DNA of 64,000 bases, taken from positions 1,664,001 through 1,728,000 of the forward strand of contig OZ257142.1 of the NCBI GenBank assembly GCA_965279035.1, written 5' to 3'. The stretch comes from Bacteroidia bacterium. GTDB taxonomy: Bacteria; Bacteroidota; Bacteroidia; M30B66. Positions within the stretch are counted from its first letter, which is position 1; the number at the start of each line of letters is the position of its first letter. A program made the translations under genes and the position numbers. Of the stretch, positions 39,650-50,602 are shown one piece after another. Under the pieces are notes generated by a model. The model saw only the letters and a list, made by a program, of their open reading frames with translations. It made no database searches and had not been told where the DNA came from.

Positions 39650-41647
39650 TTAGTGTTTCACAATCATTTTTACGCTGCTGCTTTTTGAACCGGCAGTTAC
39701 GTTTACTAAATAAATTCCTGCTGGCAATTGATTAGTAGCAAGACTGATGCTGTGTTGACCAGCTGCAGCTTTTTGACTGCTCATGTTCAACACACGTTGA
39801 CCAAGCATATTCACTACATTGATTGTAACAGTTTCGTTGTTAATCAAGTCGAATTTCAATTGTGCAGTTTCATCCGAAGGATTCGGCATTAAAGCCAAAC
39901 CTTGGATTTCGCTTTTTACATCTTTAGTGCTTACAATATCGAAATCTTTTGTAACAGCCATGTAAATGATGTCGTTCGGAATATCGAAAGGGTGAAGCGC
40001 TGCATTGTCGATAGTAACAGCTGAACCAGGAGTATAATCGCGCTGATAAACAATGTGTAGGTTGTTGTCAACTTTACGAGCAATAGAAGCATATTGATAT
40101 TCTGCTAATTGATCAAAACCAGCAAGGTCATCACCAACGATGTCTTTGGGATCAGACCAAGTTGTACCACCATCGGTTGATTTTTGTAAGTAAATGTGTT
40201 TGAAAGAAGGACCAGTTCCTAAATAATAGTAATCAGGACCTTCGATGTATGCAGCATACGAAAGATACAATGTTCCATCTGCATCAATTCCTGCACTTGG
40301 GAAACTTGCCATTCCAGCACCATAAGGAACTGTCGTCGTATTATTGAAATAAAGTGAAATATCAATCAAGCTATCCCCATTGGTATCAGTAGAACCACCA
40401 ATCATTTGAGGAAGAGAATCTATAGCAAAATCTTCATTCCAATACATGATTCCATTTGCACCTGGATAGTAATTCACTTTGGCATCATTTGCAACATCGT
40501 TCGACATATAGCCAAATCCATAATACACATGAACTTTATCGTTATTGTCGATCACAATAGCAAATGAACCATCGCTCGTTTCAATACGTTCTAAATCATA
40601 AACATTATTCGCAGTATCAACTAGAAATGAATCCACAGCACCATCACCATTGAAATCGGTTAAGGTTGAATCATCCCATGGTTCATATGGAAAAGGAAGT
40701 ACTGTACGACTAGTCCAAGTTTCTCCATTATCAATAGATTTCCACATTTGAACGCGTGATGTTAAGTCTCCAGCTACAATAGCTACAGTACTACCTTTCA
40801 CATCCATGGCATATGAATCTCCACCAAAACTTCCAAAAATGGTAGAATCTACACCTGGTAAACGAACCATTAATTGATCGAAAGTAGCACCACCATCGGT
40901 TGAACGATTATACAACATACATCCATTAATACCGTGGTAAGGAGTTCCTGTAAATGTTCCACCTGTTGGCTCAGTAACACCAATTACATGGACAGTTTTT
41001 CCATCAGGACCGCCAGTACGCATACGTGGCCAAATTAAAGGCATGCTTGTTTCAGCGTTACTTATCCAGCTTTCGCTTGTAAGACTCACATTACGTGATA
41101 CCTGTAAAGCATTTGGTGAACCAGCTGCAGCAAGTGCTTGGTGCGATACAATGATGTCGCCAACACCTGTAACACGTGCTAATGAACCAAATCCGCAACG
41201 AACAGGCTCAACAGATGTAATATTCCCAGCATCATTATATGCAGGAAGTTTTGTCCAAGCAGAACCATCAAAATGGTGATAAGCCATTCCACGATCTGTC
41301 CAAGAGGTTGTTTGATTACTGAACGTCCAAATGGCCGATAAGGTACCATCACCATAATTTTCAATCCGGTAATTGATTGAATTATTGGTTTGTAGATCGT
41401 AAAGTGTTTGTCCAATACGTACTTCTGGTCCGAACGAACGCAGGGTACTGTTTGAAACTGTTGGATTTACCGTTTGTGCTGGAAAACTTGGTAATTCAGA
41501 TGTACGCAAATGATTGTGAATGGGGCGTGACAACTTAACGTTTTTAACTGCAGAACTTGGATGTCCAAAATGTCTGTTCTGTGCGAAAGAACCCGTTGAA
41601 GCCAAGATAGCAGCAGCTGATAATAGTGCGTATACAGTGTGTTTCAT
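39650..41647 (-). CDS. T9SS cargo protein with BNR/Asp-box repeats
   Basis: STDGGATF, SIDNGETW, STDGGTTW; DxNGD loops; LMPNP...NMLGQ...PAGIY CTD. Confidence 0.85.
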   Translation of the reverse strand: MKHTVYALLSAAAILASTGSFAQNRHFGHPSSAVKNVKLSRPIHNHLRTSELPSFPAQTVNPTVSNSTLRSFGPEVRIGQTLYDLQTNNSINYRIENYGDGTLSAIWTFSNQTTSWTDRGMAYHHFDGSAWTKLPAYNDAGNITSVEPVRCGFGSLARVTGVGDIIVSHQALAAAGSPNALQVSRNVSLTSESWISNAETSMPLIWPRMRTGGPDGKTVHVIGVTEPTGGTFTGTPYHGINGCMLYNRSTDGGATFDQLMVRLPGVDSTIFGSFGGDSYAMDVKGSTVAIVAGDLTSRVQMWKSIDNGETWTSRTVLPFPYEPWDDSTLTDFNGDGAVDSFLVDTANNVYDLERIETSDGSFAIVIDNNDKVHVYYGFGYMSNDVANDAKVNYYPGANGIMYWNEDFAIDSLPQMIGGSTDTNGDSLIDISLYFNNTTTVPYGAGMASFPSAGIDADGTLYLSYAAYIEGPDYYYLGTGPSFKHIYLQKSTDGGTTWSDPKDIVGDDLAGFDQLAEYQYASIARKVDNNLHIVYQRDYTPGSAVTIDNAALHPFDIPNDIIYMAVTKDFDIVSTKDVKSEIQGLALMPNPSDETAQLKFDLINNETVTINVVNMLGQRVLNMSSQKAAAGQHSISLATNQLPAGIYLVNVTAGSKSSSVKMIVKH

Positions 41648-41744
41648 GTGTGATGTTTGTGTTAAAAAATCCTCAGAACGCAAATCTAACGAATTATCAA
41701 TTCGTTAAGCAATAGTTTCCTTAACATGTTAGGAATTACATTGT

Positions 41745-43721
41745 TTATTCTTCTTTTATTTTCCCGAGCATTTGCATCCATACAGCAAAGCTGATAAATT
41801 TAAAAATACGCCCAGTATCGGCTTCTCCAGTTGGATTGAACAGATTACTATAAGCTGAATGGATCTTTTTTACATTCAGAAATGGGGCGAGAACCTCGTT
41901 AAATTGTTCGCGAAAATGAGGGGCAATCCTACGAATCCATTCATTGTTTGGTGTAGTATACCCTTGTTTATCTACCCTGTTTTGAATCGAAATTGGAATG
42001 ACAGCCGACGAGGAATCGCGTAAAAGTGCTTTTAATCGTGCCCCATGCATTTTATAAACTGCCGGAACAGAAAACAAATATTCAATTAAGGGAATATCAT
42101 CGGCAAATGGCGTTCTTGATTCTACTCCATGCCACATTGCACATCGATCTTCACATTTCAAATAGCCTTTGAGTGACGTGTTTTGCATTTCATGGGCTAA
42201 TCGACTATTGAGATCTTTTGTATTCCTGTTTTTTTGAAGATCAAATCGACTTATTTCCTGATTGAAAAAAGAATCATTTAGATACTGATTTTCAGAAAAC
42301 CAATTTTTATAGAATGAACTTCCAAGTGTAGATGGGATTTGAAAAACATAGTCATAGCGTGCTTGTTGATGAAAATGAAAACGTAGATTTTTCTTCAATC
42401 CTTCGCCCTGCTTCATTTCACGAATCATCGCATTCATTGGTAATCCTTTCCAATAAAACGAACGATGTGGTTCATATCCTCCGAAAATCTCATCTCCACC
42501 CTGTCCATCCAAAACCACTTTAATTCCACTCTCCTTTACGCTTTGCATCACCTTGAATTGCGCATACGTGCTGGTCGACCAAATTGGAATATCCTGACAT
42601 TTACTCAAGGTTTCCAATTCACTTATAAGCATTTCGGGTTGGGGCGAAACCTCATGATGGATGGCATGTGTACTTTGAGCCATAATCTTAGCCCAATGGC
42701 TTTCGTCAACTTTCGATTCTGGAAAAATGGCTGTATACACATGAAGTGGCAAGTCATTTCCCAAATGCTTTCGCATCCATCCTACAATAGCTGAAGAATC
42801 AAGTCCTCCGCTTAAACACGAACCAACAGGAACATCGGCACGAAGTCGCAAACGGATGGCATCACTCAGTAAATCTTGAATTCGACTTACATGTAGATCA
42901 TGTGTTGATTTCTCCCAAACAGCTTTTTCATGATTTACTGGAAGATGATACCAGGCTTTCGTTTTTACATGTTTATTTTGAAGAGAATAATTGAGAGAAT
43001 GTCCGGCAGGTAGTTCAATAATTTCATCGAAAAATCCCTGTGGATGATATTCTATTTGGCTGAAAACAAAATAATCGAAAACCGCATCTGGATTCACTTT
43101 AACTGGCATCCAAGGCAAACACAAGAGGGCCTTTTGTTCCGATGCAAAAGCAAATTTTCCTACAAACGTTGAATAGTAAAATGGCTTCACTCCAAATCGA
43201 TCACGCGAAGCGAAAAGCTGTTGACGTTGTGTATCATAAATACAAAAGGCCCACATCCCATTGAAGCGTTGTAGACATTCTTCACCCCAATGAAGATAAG
43301 CTTGTAGGATGACTTCGGTATCGCTTTGAGTGATGAAAACGATTCCTTGATTTTGAAGTTGTTCCCGAATTTCGATGTAGTTATATAGCTCTCCGTTATA
43401 TGTTATCCAATAACGCAAATCGGCACTGCACATGGGTTGATGTCCGGTTGCCGCTAGATCAATGATGGAAAGACGACGATGAGCAAAACCACCAACAACA
43501 TTTTCAGGAAGATGATTTTCACGATTGGATGGACTCCAAGGCAAGGATTGTCCAATGCAATTCTCTGTTGTTTGGCTGGACGCAATCGGAACAGCAATAT
43601 TTTGCGAGAAATACACAAAGCCTTCCCCATCGGGACCGCGATGCGCAATTTTCCGACTCATCTTTATCAGATCATCAGGAGAAATTCCTTGAGGTGAAAA
43701 TATTCCTGCAATTCCGCACAT
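41745..43721 (-). CDS. asnB: Asparagine synthase-like glutamine amidotransferase, probably glycan amidating
   Basis: MCGIAG, HRGPD, LSGGLDSS, GQGGDE. Confidence 0.93.
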   Translation of the reverse strand: MCGIAGIFSPQGISPDDLIKMSRKIAHRGPDGEGFVYFSQNIAVPIASSQTTENCIGQSLPWSPSNRENHLPENVVGGFAHRRLSIIDLAATGHQPMCSADLRYWITYNGELYNYIEIREQLQNQGIVFITQSDTEVILQAYLHWGEECLQRFNGMWAFCIYDTQRQQLFASRDRFGVKPFYYSTFVGKFAFASEQKALLCLPWMPVKVNPDAVFDYFVFSQIEYHPQGFFDEIIELPAGHSLNYSLQNKHVKTKAWYHLPVNHEKAVWEKSTHDLHVSRIQDLLSDAIRLRLRADVPVGSCLSGGLDSSAIVGWMRKHLGNDLPLHVYTAIFPESKVDESHWAKIMAQSTHAIHHEVSPQPEMLISELETLSKCQDIPIWSTSTYAQFKVMQSVKESGIKVVLDGQGGDEIFGGYEPHRSFYWKGLPMNAMIREMKQGEGLKKNLRFHFHQQARYDYVFQIPSTLGSSFYKNWFSENQYLNDSFFNQEISRFDLQKNRNTKDLNSRLAHEMQNTSLKGYLKCEDRCAMWHGVESRTPFADDIPLIEYLFSVPAVYKMHGARLKALLRDSSSAVIPISIQNRVDKQGYTTPNNEWIRRIAPHFREQFNEVLAPFLNVKKIHSAYSNLFNPTGEADTGRIFKFISFAVWMQMLGKIKEE

Positions 43722-44536
43722 TAGGAGTTGATTCGCTCAAGGGTGATTCGAAAATTGGATGTTGGTTTTCGAGGATAATGACGAATACCGCTTTTTATTT
43801 CAAAAGGAAGATAGGTAGCGCACAACGTATTGGAAATGGCAAAAAGATCTTTCCTTTTTTCTTTAGGACAACCTTCGAGTATTGCATGCGCCACATTCCA
43901 ACGGATGTTTTCAGGTGAATTTCCGTAATCATGCCAAACGATTATTCCACCAGGACGAATGAGCTGAAACGCTGTTTGGGTGTCTTTTACAACACTATCG
44001 TAGTGATGATCACCATCTACAAAAACCAAATCCATTTTACCTCGATACGATGTGAAATCAAATTCACGTGAATCGCCATGAAGATGAGTAATGTTGGGAT
44101 GAAGTTTCGAATAATGACCGTGCAGTTGAATGTAATCTTCGGCCCATCCGCGTATGCGCATTTGTTCTGTACTCAAATTCAGAGTAAAGCAATTTTTCAC
44201 CAAGGGCGCTACATTGCTCACACTTTCGCCTCGCCATGTTCCAATTTCGAAATAGGATTCAGCCTTGATTTTCTTTGCTAAAATGCGAAGTAAAGCCAAA
44301 TCGGTAGGAAGCGAACCACCATCTAAAAAAGCAAAAGGTTGAATTTCTTCTTTCTCTTCCGACCAAAGCTGAAAAAAATCGATTTCTTTCAAACCATCTT
44401 TTAAACCCAAAACCGACTTGACTTCCTTTTCGTGAAGATCTTCTTCGTCGAGCAAATGATTGATTAAAGCCGGGTTTTTCAGAAGAAGAAAAAGTCCTCG
44501 CGAGAATTTTGAAAGTTTACGGGGTATTGATGCCAT
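43721..44536 (-). CDS. Class I SAM-dependent methyltransferase (Methyltransf_24-like)
   Basis: FEIGTWRGES, FVDGDH, PGGIIVWHDY. Confidence 0.88.
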   Translation of the reverse strand: MASIPRKLSKFSRGLFLLLKNPALINHLLDEEDLHEKEVKSVLGLKDGLKEIDFFQLWSEEKEEIQPFAFLDGGSLPTDLALLRILAKKIKAESYFEIGTWRGESVSNVAPLVKNCFTLNLSTEQMRIRGWAEDYIQLHGHYSKLHPNITHLHGDSREFDFTSYRGKMDLVFVDGDHHYDSVVKDTQTAFQLIRPGGIIVWHDYGNSPENIRWNVAHAILEGCPKEKRKDLFAISNTLCATYLPFEIKSGIRHYPRKPTSNFRITLERINS

Positions 44537-44539
44537 GTT

Positions 44540-45799
44540 TCAGCGGACTTTGCTGCGAAGCTTTTGAAGTAGCAAGCCAAAGTCGGAAAATTTTGGCCAG
44601 AGCTCGTTCAATGCAACGCCGCTGTCGGATTTAAAGAGCCAAATAACGGAAAAAAATGTCGCCATATTCGAAAAGGTGGTGACCAAAGCCGCTTGATGTT
44701 CGTTGATATTTTGGTCTTGCAAAAAACGTATGCATAGAAATCCTATTAGCGTAACCGACAATCCTGTAGCAATAGCGTAATTGTTTTTCTTGAATTGTCC
44801 AGTGCCCGAAAAGTAATGTCCCAAGATTAAATAACCGCTAATAAATACAACCCCGGGCATGAGATAATAGAGGTTTTCCTTCACAGGAAGAAAAGCATCT
44901 CCGAACAGCATCCCGAAAAAAGAAGCGGGCAAAATGCAAATGAAAATTCCTGCAGCAGTTGTTACTAAAATACTTGCTCGAAACAAGGGAACGGTGAGTT
45001 CGATGGCTTTGGCTTTATCATTCGAATTAGCAATAGTTCCATATTGGATTGTTGCAATTGATGTAGCTAACATCCACATGGCTTCGGCAAGAGAAACTGC
45101 ATTGGAGTAAATTCCTAAAGCAAAGGCAGGTAAAAGAAAATAGGCAATGCGTTGATTGCTAAATTGCAGCATGTGTCCAAACTGGTTAGCAGAAGAGAAT
45201 TTCAGTAATGCTTTCAAGCTTTTCTTGAACGATACATGTTCTCCCACTTTAGGCAAACGTAAAAGCAGTATTAAGGAAATGATCCATGCAGGCAGCCATC
45301 CCGAATAGAGCGCATACATATAATGTATCGGTTTTGGATTCCACCAGATATAAGCAGCAAGTGTACTCACCGTAAGGATTGCAGTGAAAAAATTGAGCAT
45401 ATTAACCAACTTAAATTGCTCACGCCCATTAAGTAAGTGAAGCTGTTGGTTCATACTGGCATTTAGAAATGAAAGTCCTGCAATGTGCCAACCATAAAAT
45501 TCAAAAAGATCGGGACGAATCCACCAAACAACAACTGGTGCTAGAAGGCTCCATGCTGCAGTCCAAATCCAAGAGGGGAGAAGGAGATTGTGCAATCGGT
45601 AACGTGGAGAAAGATATACCATGGCAGCGCCGCCCATAAAATCGCAAATGAGTTGCACGCTTGTTACGATAACTAAAATTAAAGTGGCAATCCCTTTTCC
45701 TTCAGGTCCGAGTTTTCGGGAGAGTAATATGATTGTACCGAAGTTGACAACCGCTGTAGCAAGTCGGCTCACAAAGGTGAACAACATCAGTCGTAACAT
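44540..45799 (-). CDS. Wzx/MOP-family polysaccharide flippase
   Basis: ~12 TM; SRKLGPEGKG; GIYSNA. Confidence 0.85.
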   Translation of the reverse strand: MLRLMLFTFVSRLATAVVNFGTIILLSRKLGPEGKGIATLILVIVTSVQLICDFMGGAAMVYLSPRYRLHNLLLPSWIWTAAWSLLAPVVVWWIRPDLFEFYGWHIAGLSFLNASMNQQLHLLNGREQFKLVNMLNFFTAILTVSTLAAYIWWNPKPIHYMYALYSGWLPAWIISLILLLRLPKVGEHVSFKKSLKALLKFSSANQFGHMLQFSNQRIAYFLLPAFALGIYSNAVSLAEAMWMLATSIATIQYGTIANSNDKAKAIELTVPLFRASILVTTAAGIFICILPASFFGMLFGDAFLPVKENLYYLMPGVVFISGYLILGHYFSGTGQFKKNNYAIATGLSVTLIGFLCIRFLQDQNINEHQAALVTTFSNMATFFSVIWLFKSDSGVALNELWPKFSDFGLLLQKLRSKVR

Positions 45800-46983
45800 C
45801 AGGCAAGATTCTTTCGGTAAATTTCGTCTAATTTTTTAGAAATGGCTTCCGGGCTAAACTTAGATACCGCATAAAGATGAAGCGATGAAGAATCAAAGCT
45901 TCGTGCTCTACCGTAAAAATCGAGCAAGGCTTTTTTCAAACCGTTCTCTTCTTTTGGATTGAAAAGAATTCCTCGGGTTTCATCAATGATTTCAGGAATT
46001 CCACCTATTACAGGTGCAATTACAGGTATTCCACTTGACAATGCTTCAAGCATCACTACCGGTTGGTTTTCGTAGCGACTGTTTAGAATGAGTGCATCCG
46101 ATTTTTGAATTTCGGCGAGTAGCTCTTCTCCTTGAAGTTTTCCTTTGAATTCAACACCACGAAAGGTTAAGCCGAGTTCGTTTGATAGTCGTTTGATTGC
46201 CGATTCATCATTTCCTCCACCAACAATTACCAATTCGTAATTCGGTGCTTCTCTCAGAATTGATTGAAAAACACGAAGGATCCCACTTACATTTTTTTGA
46301 GCATCGTCGAGAGAAGAAATATGAATGAGGCGAATTTTTTCTGATCGCGATTCTCCTGGGACAAAAAATGCAGTATCAACCACATTCGGAACAACAGTGT
46401 ATTTTCCTTTTAAGCCTTTTGCTTCCATTGCTTTTTGAAGCTGTTCGCTAACAGGAGCAACAAAAGCAGCTCGACGAATCGTTTTCCTCGTTACACGTTT
46501 TAAAAGCGATCCAGTATAACGACCGTCTTCGGGTTGATAGCCGGTCCAATGTTCGGTAACACCAAAGGGGATTTTTAATTTTTTGCTGAAAAGTCGGGCA
46601 ATTTTACCCAATGGCCAAGGCACGTTGAGGTGAATGATATCGGGTTTGCCGTTCCATTCGATCACTTTTTCTAAACCGAAAAGATAGTGTTTACGAATCT
46701 GTTTCCAGTTTTTCCAACGTCGTATGAAGTTGTTTCCACCTTCGGCACGACCATACGAAACGATGAATTCGTGCAGGTTGCCTTCAACCTTTTTGTCGAA
46801 GCGAAATTCCCCTTCTTTCAAATCAGAATCGGCGATAGCATGAAGTACTGTGACTTTATTTTTGAGTGCCACAGCTTGAGCATGCCTATGAATAAAAATT
46901 CCTAGGGTTGTTTCTTTCCTGTTGGGATACCAAGAAGCAAGAAAAAGTACATGTATGGGAGTTTCTCCGTTCAAAGCACACAA
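45799..46983 (-). CDS. GT4 glycosyltransferase
   Basis: SWYP, TEHWTGY, ENQPVVMLEALSSGIPVI; TTG start uncertain. Confidence 0.9.
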   Translation of the reverse strand: MCALNGETPIHVLFLASWYPNRKETTLGIFIHRHAQAVALKNKVTVLHAIADSDLKEGEFRFDKKVEGNLHEFIVSYGRAEGGNNFIRRWKNWKQIRKHYLFGLEKVIEWNGKPDIIHLNVPWPLGKIARLFSKKLKIPFGVTEHWTGYQPEDGRYTGSLLKRVTRKTIRRAAFVAPVSEQLQKAMEAKGLKGKYTVVPNVVDTAFFVPGESRSEKIRLIHISSLDDAQKNVSGILRVFQSILREAPNYELVIVGGGNDESAIKRLSNELGLTFRGVEFKGKLQGEELLAEIQKSDALILNSRYENQPVVMLEALSSGIPVIAPVIGGIPEIIDETRGILFNPKEENGLKKALLDFYGRARSFDSSSLHLYAVSKFSPEAISKKLDEIYRKNLA

Positions 46984-46997
46984 ATTCGTCGCTCAAA

Positions 46998-49130
46998 TTA
47001 CGAATTATTCAACCGGCGATACTGAAGTAAGATTGAATTACCAATTACGACCACATCCGAAAAAGCCATCGAAAATGCGGCAATCATTGGTTGAAGGAAT
47101 CCTGCAGCAGCGACCGGGATCGCGATAGTATTGTAGAAAAATGCCCAAAAGAGATTTTGGTGTATCGTACGCAAGGTGGTTCTACTAAGTTTCACTGCTT
47201 GAGGAAGTCCTTCAAGAGATTGTTTTTGAAGTAAAACAACATGTGCCGAATTCAAAGCTACTTTGCTGGCTTCGCCAAATGAAATACCGACGCTTGCTAA
47301 GTTCAATGCAGGAGCATCATTAATTCCATCGCCTAACATGGCAGCCGCTTCCTTGCTATTGATATTGGCAATTATAGTTAATTTATTTTCGGGTGATTGT
47401 TCGCTATACACTTCTGTAATGCCAAGTAATTCGGCGACTTGCTTGCATTTTCGATCCGAATCACCACTGAGCATAACAGGTTTAATTCCCATGCTTTTTA
47501 AGGAATCGATCGCTTCTTTTGCCCCCGTTTTTAATTCATCCACCAAGCGAATGGCTGCGATACATTGTCCATTTTCGAGCAAGAAAAGATCGTATTGATT
47601 TGCCAATTCTTTATCCTGTATGAGTCTTTTCGAACCCAATTCTATTTTGCTCCCATTTTTAGCTAGTGCTCGAATACCAAGTCCTTTGGTTTCTTCCACT
47701 TGTGTAATGGTAATTTTGGGAGAAGCAATCAGATTTTTAACAAGCGATTTGGAGATCGGATGCGATGAATTTTCAGCCATCGAACGAACGATGGATTTTA
47801 CATATGATTCGTCGGAATGTAGAAATACATCAATGGCTTCAATAGTAAAATCACCAGTCGTTAAAGTGCCCGTTTTATCGAACACCATTACCTTGATTTT
47901 TGCGAGGTTTTCGATAGCAGCTCCATTCAAAAAGAGTATTCCCATCTTAGCTGCTCGACCAATTCCTGCCATCACAGCCGTTGGCGTTGCAAGTCCCATA
48001 GCACATGGACAAGAAATAACCAATACAGCAATGGCTCTAAGTAAACTTTCGCGCATGGTATTTTCAAGAGCTACGAAAGAAACCAGCCAAGTAATGAGTG
48101 CAATGGCAATCACAATGGGTACAAACACGGCACTCACTTGATCACCTAAACGTTGAACGGGTGGTTTGCTTGTTTGAGCTTTTTTCACCATTTCGACAAT
48201 TCCGGCTAGCACACTTTCCTTACCGGTTTTTACTGCCCGCATTCTGAAGATACCTTTTTCGTTGATGGTTCCACCGGTTACTTCATCACCAACAATTTTT
48301 TCAACGGGCATACTTTCGCCGGTTATCAAACCTTCATTTACGAATCCATTCCCTTCAACTAAAACACCATCAGCCGGAATTCGATCTCCATAATTTACGA
48401 GTAATAAATCACCGGGTACGATGAGTCGAGCAGGGATTTCTTCTATGTGCGTATGATGATCATGATCGCTTATACGTCGTGCTGTTTCTGGTTGTAAGGC
48501 AGCTAATTCCTTCAGTGCATTTCCGGTTTGCTTAACCGAACGTTGCTCTATCACATTACCTAATAACACCAAAGTGATAATACTTGCAGCCGTTTCGAAG
48601 AACAAATAGTCGCTCGGATTGGATAATCCAGCACCAAAAATACTTCCCCAAATACTATAGATAAATGCGGATGTGGAACCAATGGTAATCAACACATCCA
48701 TATTAGGAATGCCCGTTTTAAGTGAGTTCCAGGCACTTTTTCCAAAATAGCTCCAGCCAATCAACATCACGGGGAGACATAAACCCAGTTGCACGTATGG
48801 CATATGTAGAATATGCCAAGAAAACAGCATATGAGCCAGCAGGGGCAAGGTAAATATGGCTGAAATTATGAGCCGCTTCTCGGTAGAATTTAAACCGGTA
48901 GGAGGAGGTGTTTCGGGCTCAATGATATGATATCCTAGACTTTCAATGTCTTTTTTTACTGCATTGATTTCGTATTGATCAAGCTGAGTGAAACTTACTT
49001 CACCTATCGCAAAACTTACTTCTGCGTCTTTTAATCCTTTGTTTCTTAATAGATTCTGAATTCCCTGAGCGCAGTTGGCGCATGTCATTCCTTCAACTTG
49101 GAGTGTACGATGTGCGCCTTTGCTTTCCAT
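46998..49130 (-). CDS. copA: Cu+-type P1B ATPase
   Basis: GMTCANC HMA, CPC, DKTGT, YN and MAFS motifs. Confidence 0.9.
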   Translation of the reverse strand: MESKGAHRTLQVEGMTCANCAQGIQNLLRNKGLKDAEVSFAIGEVSFTQLDQYEINAVKKDIESLGYHIIEPETPPPTGLNSTEKRLIISAIFTLPLLAHMLFSWHILHMPYVQLGLCLPVMLIGWSYFGKSAWNSLKTGIPNMDVLITIGSTSAFIYSIWGSIFGAGLSNPSDYLFFETAASIITLVLLGNVIEQRSVKQTGNALKELAALQPETARRISDHDHHTHIEEIPARLIVPGDLLLVNYGDRIPADGVLVEGNGFVNEGLITGESMPVEKIVGDEVTGGTINEKGIFRMRAVKTGKESVLAGIVEMVKKAQTSKPPVQRLGDQVSAVFVPIVIAIALITWLVSFVALENTMRESLLRAIAVLVISCPCAMGLATPTAVMAGIGRAAKMGILFLNGAAIENLAKIKVMVFDKTGTLTTGDFTIEAIDVFLHSDESYVKSIVRSMAENSSHPISKSLVKNLIASPKITITQVEETKGLGIRALAKNGSKIELGSKRLIQDKELANQYDLFLLENGQCIAAIRLVDELKTGAKEAIDSLKSMGIKPVMLSGDSDRKCKQVAELLGITEVYSEQSPENKLTIIANINSKEAAAMLGDGINDAPALNLASVGISFGEASKVALNSAHVVLLQKQSLEGLPQAVKLSRTTLRTIHQNLFWAFFYNTIAIPVAAAGFLQPMIAAFSMAFSDVVVIGNSILLQYRRLNNS

Positions 49131-49131
49131 T

Positions 49132-50442
49132 TCAGTCGAGTGTTAAGGATTCCCTATCAATGACCTCTAATTTAACAGATTCTACGCTATGTTTGAAGCG
49201 TTTTAATATGGTGATTTGATATCCTCCAAACTGTTTCTTTTCATTCACCGCCGGAATTCCATCAAACAATTTATTCACTAAACCAGATACCGTTTCATAG
49301 TCAGGGCCTTCTTCCAAAGCAATGGGAAGTAAATCATTTACATCGCTTATAGATGAAGTAGCATTCACTATATATTCTGTTTCGCTCTTCTTTTCAACTG
49401 CTGGTTTTTCCTCGTCATATTCATCCTGAATTTCACCAACCAGCTCTTCTATAATATCCTCCATTGTTACGATTCCCTCAGTTCCTCCAAATTCATTTGT
49501 CACAATAGCCATTTGAATATGCTGACGTTGAAGTTCGCGTAAAAGATCATTTACAAATTTACCTAGTGGAACATAAAACGCAGGACGCAGCAAGGTGTTC
49601 AAATCAATAGGCTTTTTGAGTCGAATATGCCGGATAAGGTCTTTCGAATGGATGATTCCAATGATATTATCGATTGAATCTTTGTAAACAGGCATTCTCG
49701 AATAACCTTCTTCTACTACTTTATCGATGATCATTTCCACATCATCATCAATATCGATAGCGACCACACGCGTTCGAGGAACATAAATCTGTTTCACCAT
49801 GCGATCGTCGAACTCAAAAACGTTTTGAATCAGTTCGTGTTCCGATTGCTTGATAGCTCCACCTTCTTCACTTTCGGTGAGTATCATTCGAAGTTCTTCT
49901 TCTGTGTGGATATCGGTATGATCTCCAGATGAAAGTCCGAACATACGTAATGTTAAATGTGACATTCCGTTTAAAGCCCAGATGAATGGTCGAAATACGA
50001 TGTAAAAAATTCGCATTGGCAATGCCACAAACAGCGTTGCTTGCATCGGATTTCGTATGGCAGCAGTTTTAGGAACTTGTTCGCCTAATACAATATGTAA
50101 TACAGTAATGAGAGTGAAAGCTATAGGAATGGCAATCGAGTGGGCAGTAATTGAATCCGGTATGTACCCTATTTTTCCAAAAATAGCTAAGACTAAATTT
50201 GCAACTACGCGTTCACCAATCCACCCCAATCCAAGACTAGCGAGCGTAATTCCCAACTGAGAAGCACTCAAATAGGCATCAAGGTTTGAAACAATGTGCT
50301 TAGCAAATTTGGCGAAACTATTTCCGGAGGCAACTTTAATATCAATTTGTGATTGACGCACTTTAACAATAGCGAACTCAGCTCCTACAAAGAAACCATT
50401 GAGCACAACCAATAAAAGCGTCACAAGTAGATCAGCAATCAT
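49132..50442 (-). CDS. Hemolysin/CNNM-CBS-CorC family Mg2+/Co2+ transporter
   Basis: NGFFVGAEFA, QLGIT, GEQVPK, YSRMPV, EDIIEELVGEIQDE. Confidence 0.93.
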   Translation of the reverse strand: MIADLLVTLLLVVLNGFFVGAEFAIVKVRQSQIDIKVASGNSFAKFAKHIVSNLDAYLSASQLGITLASLGLGWIGERVVANLVLAIFGKIGYIPDSITAHSIAIPIAFTLITVLHIVLGEQVPKTAAIRNPMQATLFVALPMRIFYIVFRPFIWALNGMSHLTLRMFGLSSGDHTDIHTEEELRMILTESEEGGAIKQSEHELIQNVFEFDDRMVKQIYVPRTRVVAIDIDDDVEMIIDKVVEEGYSRMPVYKDSIDNIIGIIHSKDLIRHIRLKKPIDLNTLLRPAFYVPLGKFVNDLLRELQRQHIQMAIVTNEFGGTEGIVTMEDIIEELVGEIQDEYDEEKPAVEKKSETEYIVNATSSISDVNDLLPIALEEGPDYETVSGLVNKLFDGIPAVNEKKQFGGYQITILKRFKHSVESVKLEVIDRESLTLD

Positions 50443-50584
50443 AGGTCAAATTGGAATGGAAACGCGAAATAGAATTCAGCAAAAAATCCTGATAAGAGGA
50501 TGAAATAGACAATGAAATGCTTGTCTGTGAGCGGATTTGTTCAGATAAACCGCACAATCGGCTTTTAGGGGGAGGTTGGTCCAA
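50432..50584 (-). CDS. Putative 50-aa leader peptide MDQPPPKSRL... (uORF)
   Basis: TTG start after an A-rich stretch just downstream of the -7 element; out of frame with the CorC gene and overlapping its first 11 nt. Confidence 0.4.
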   Translation of the reverse strand: MDQPPPKSRLCGLSEQIRSQTSISLSISSSYQDFLLNSISRFHSNLTYDC

Positions 50585-50602
50585 CGTTTTTTCTTAATGG
50601 TG

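Noticed and set aside
50443-50600. Known metal riboswitch (M-box, yybP-ykoY, NiCo)
   Set aside because: I could not see their conserved sequence signatures; an Rfam search would settle it
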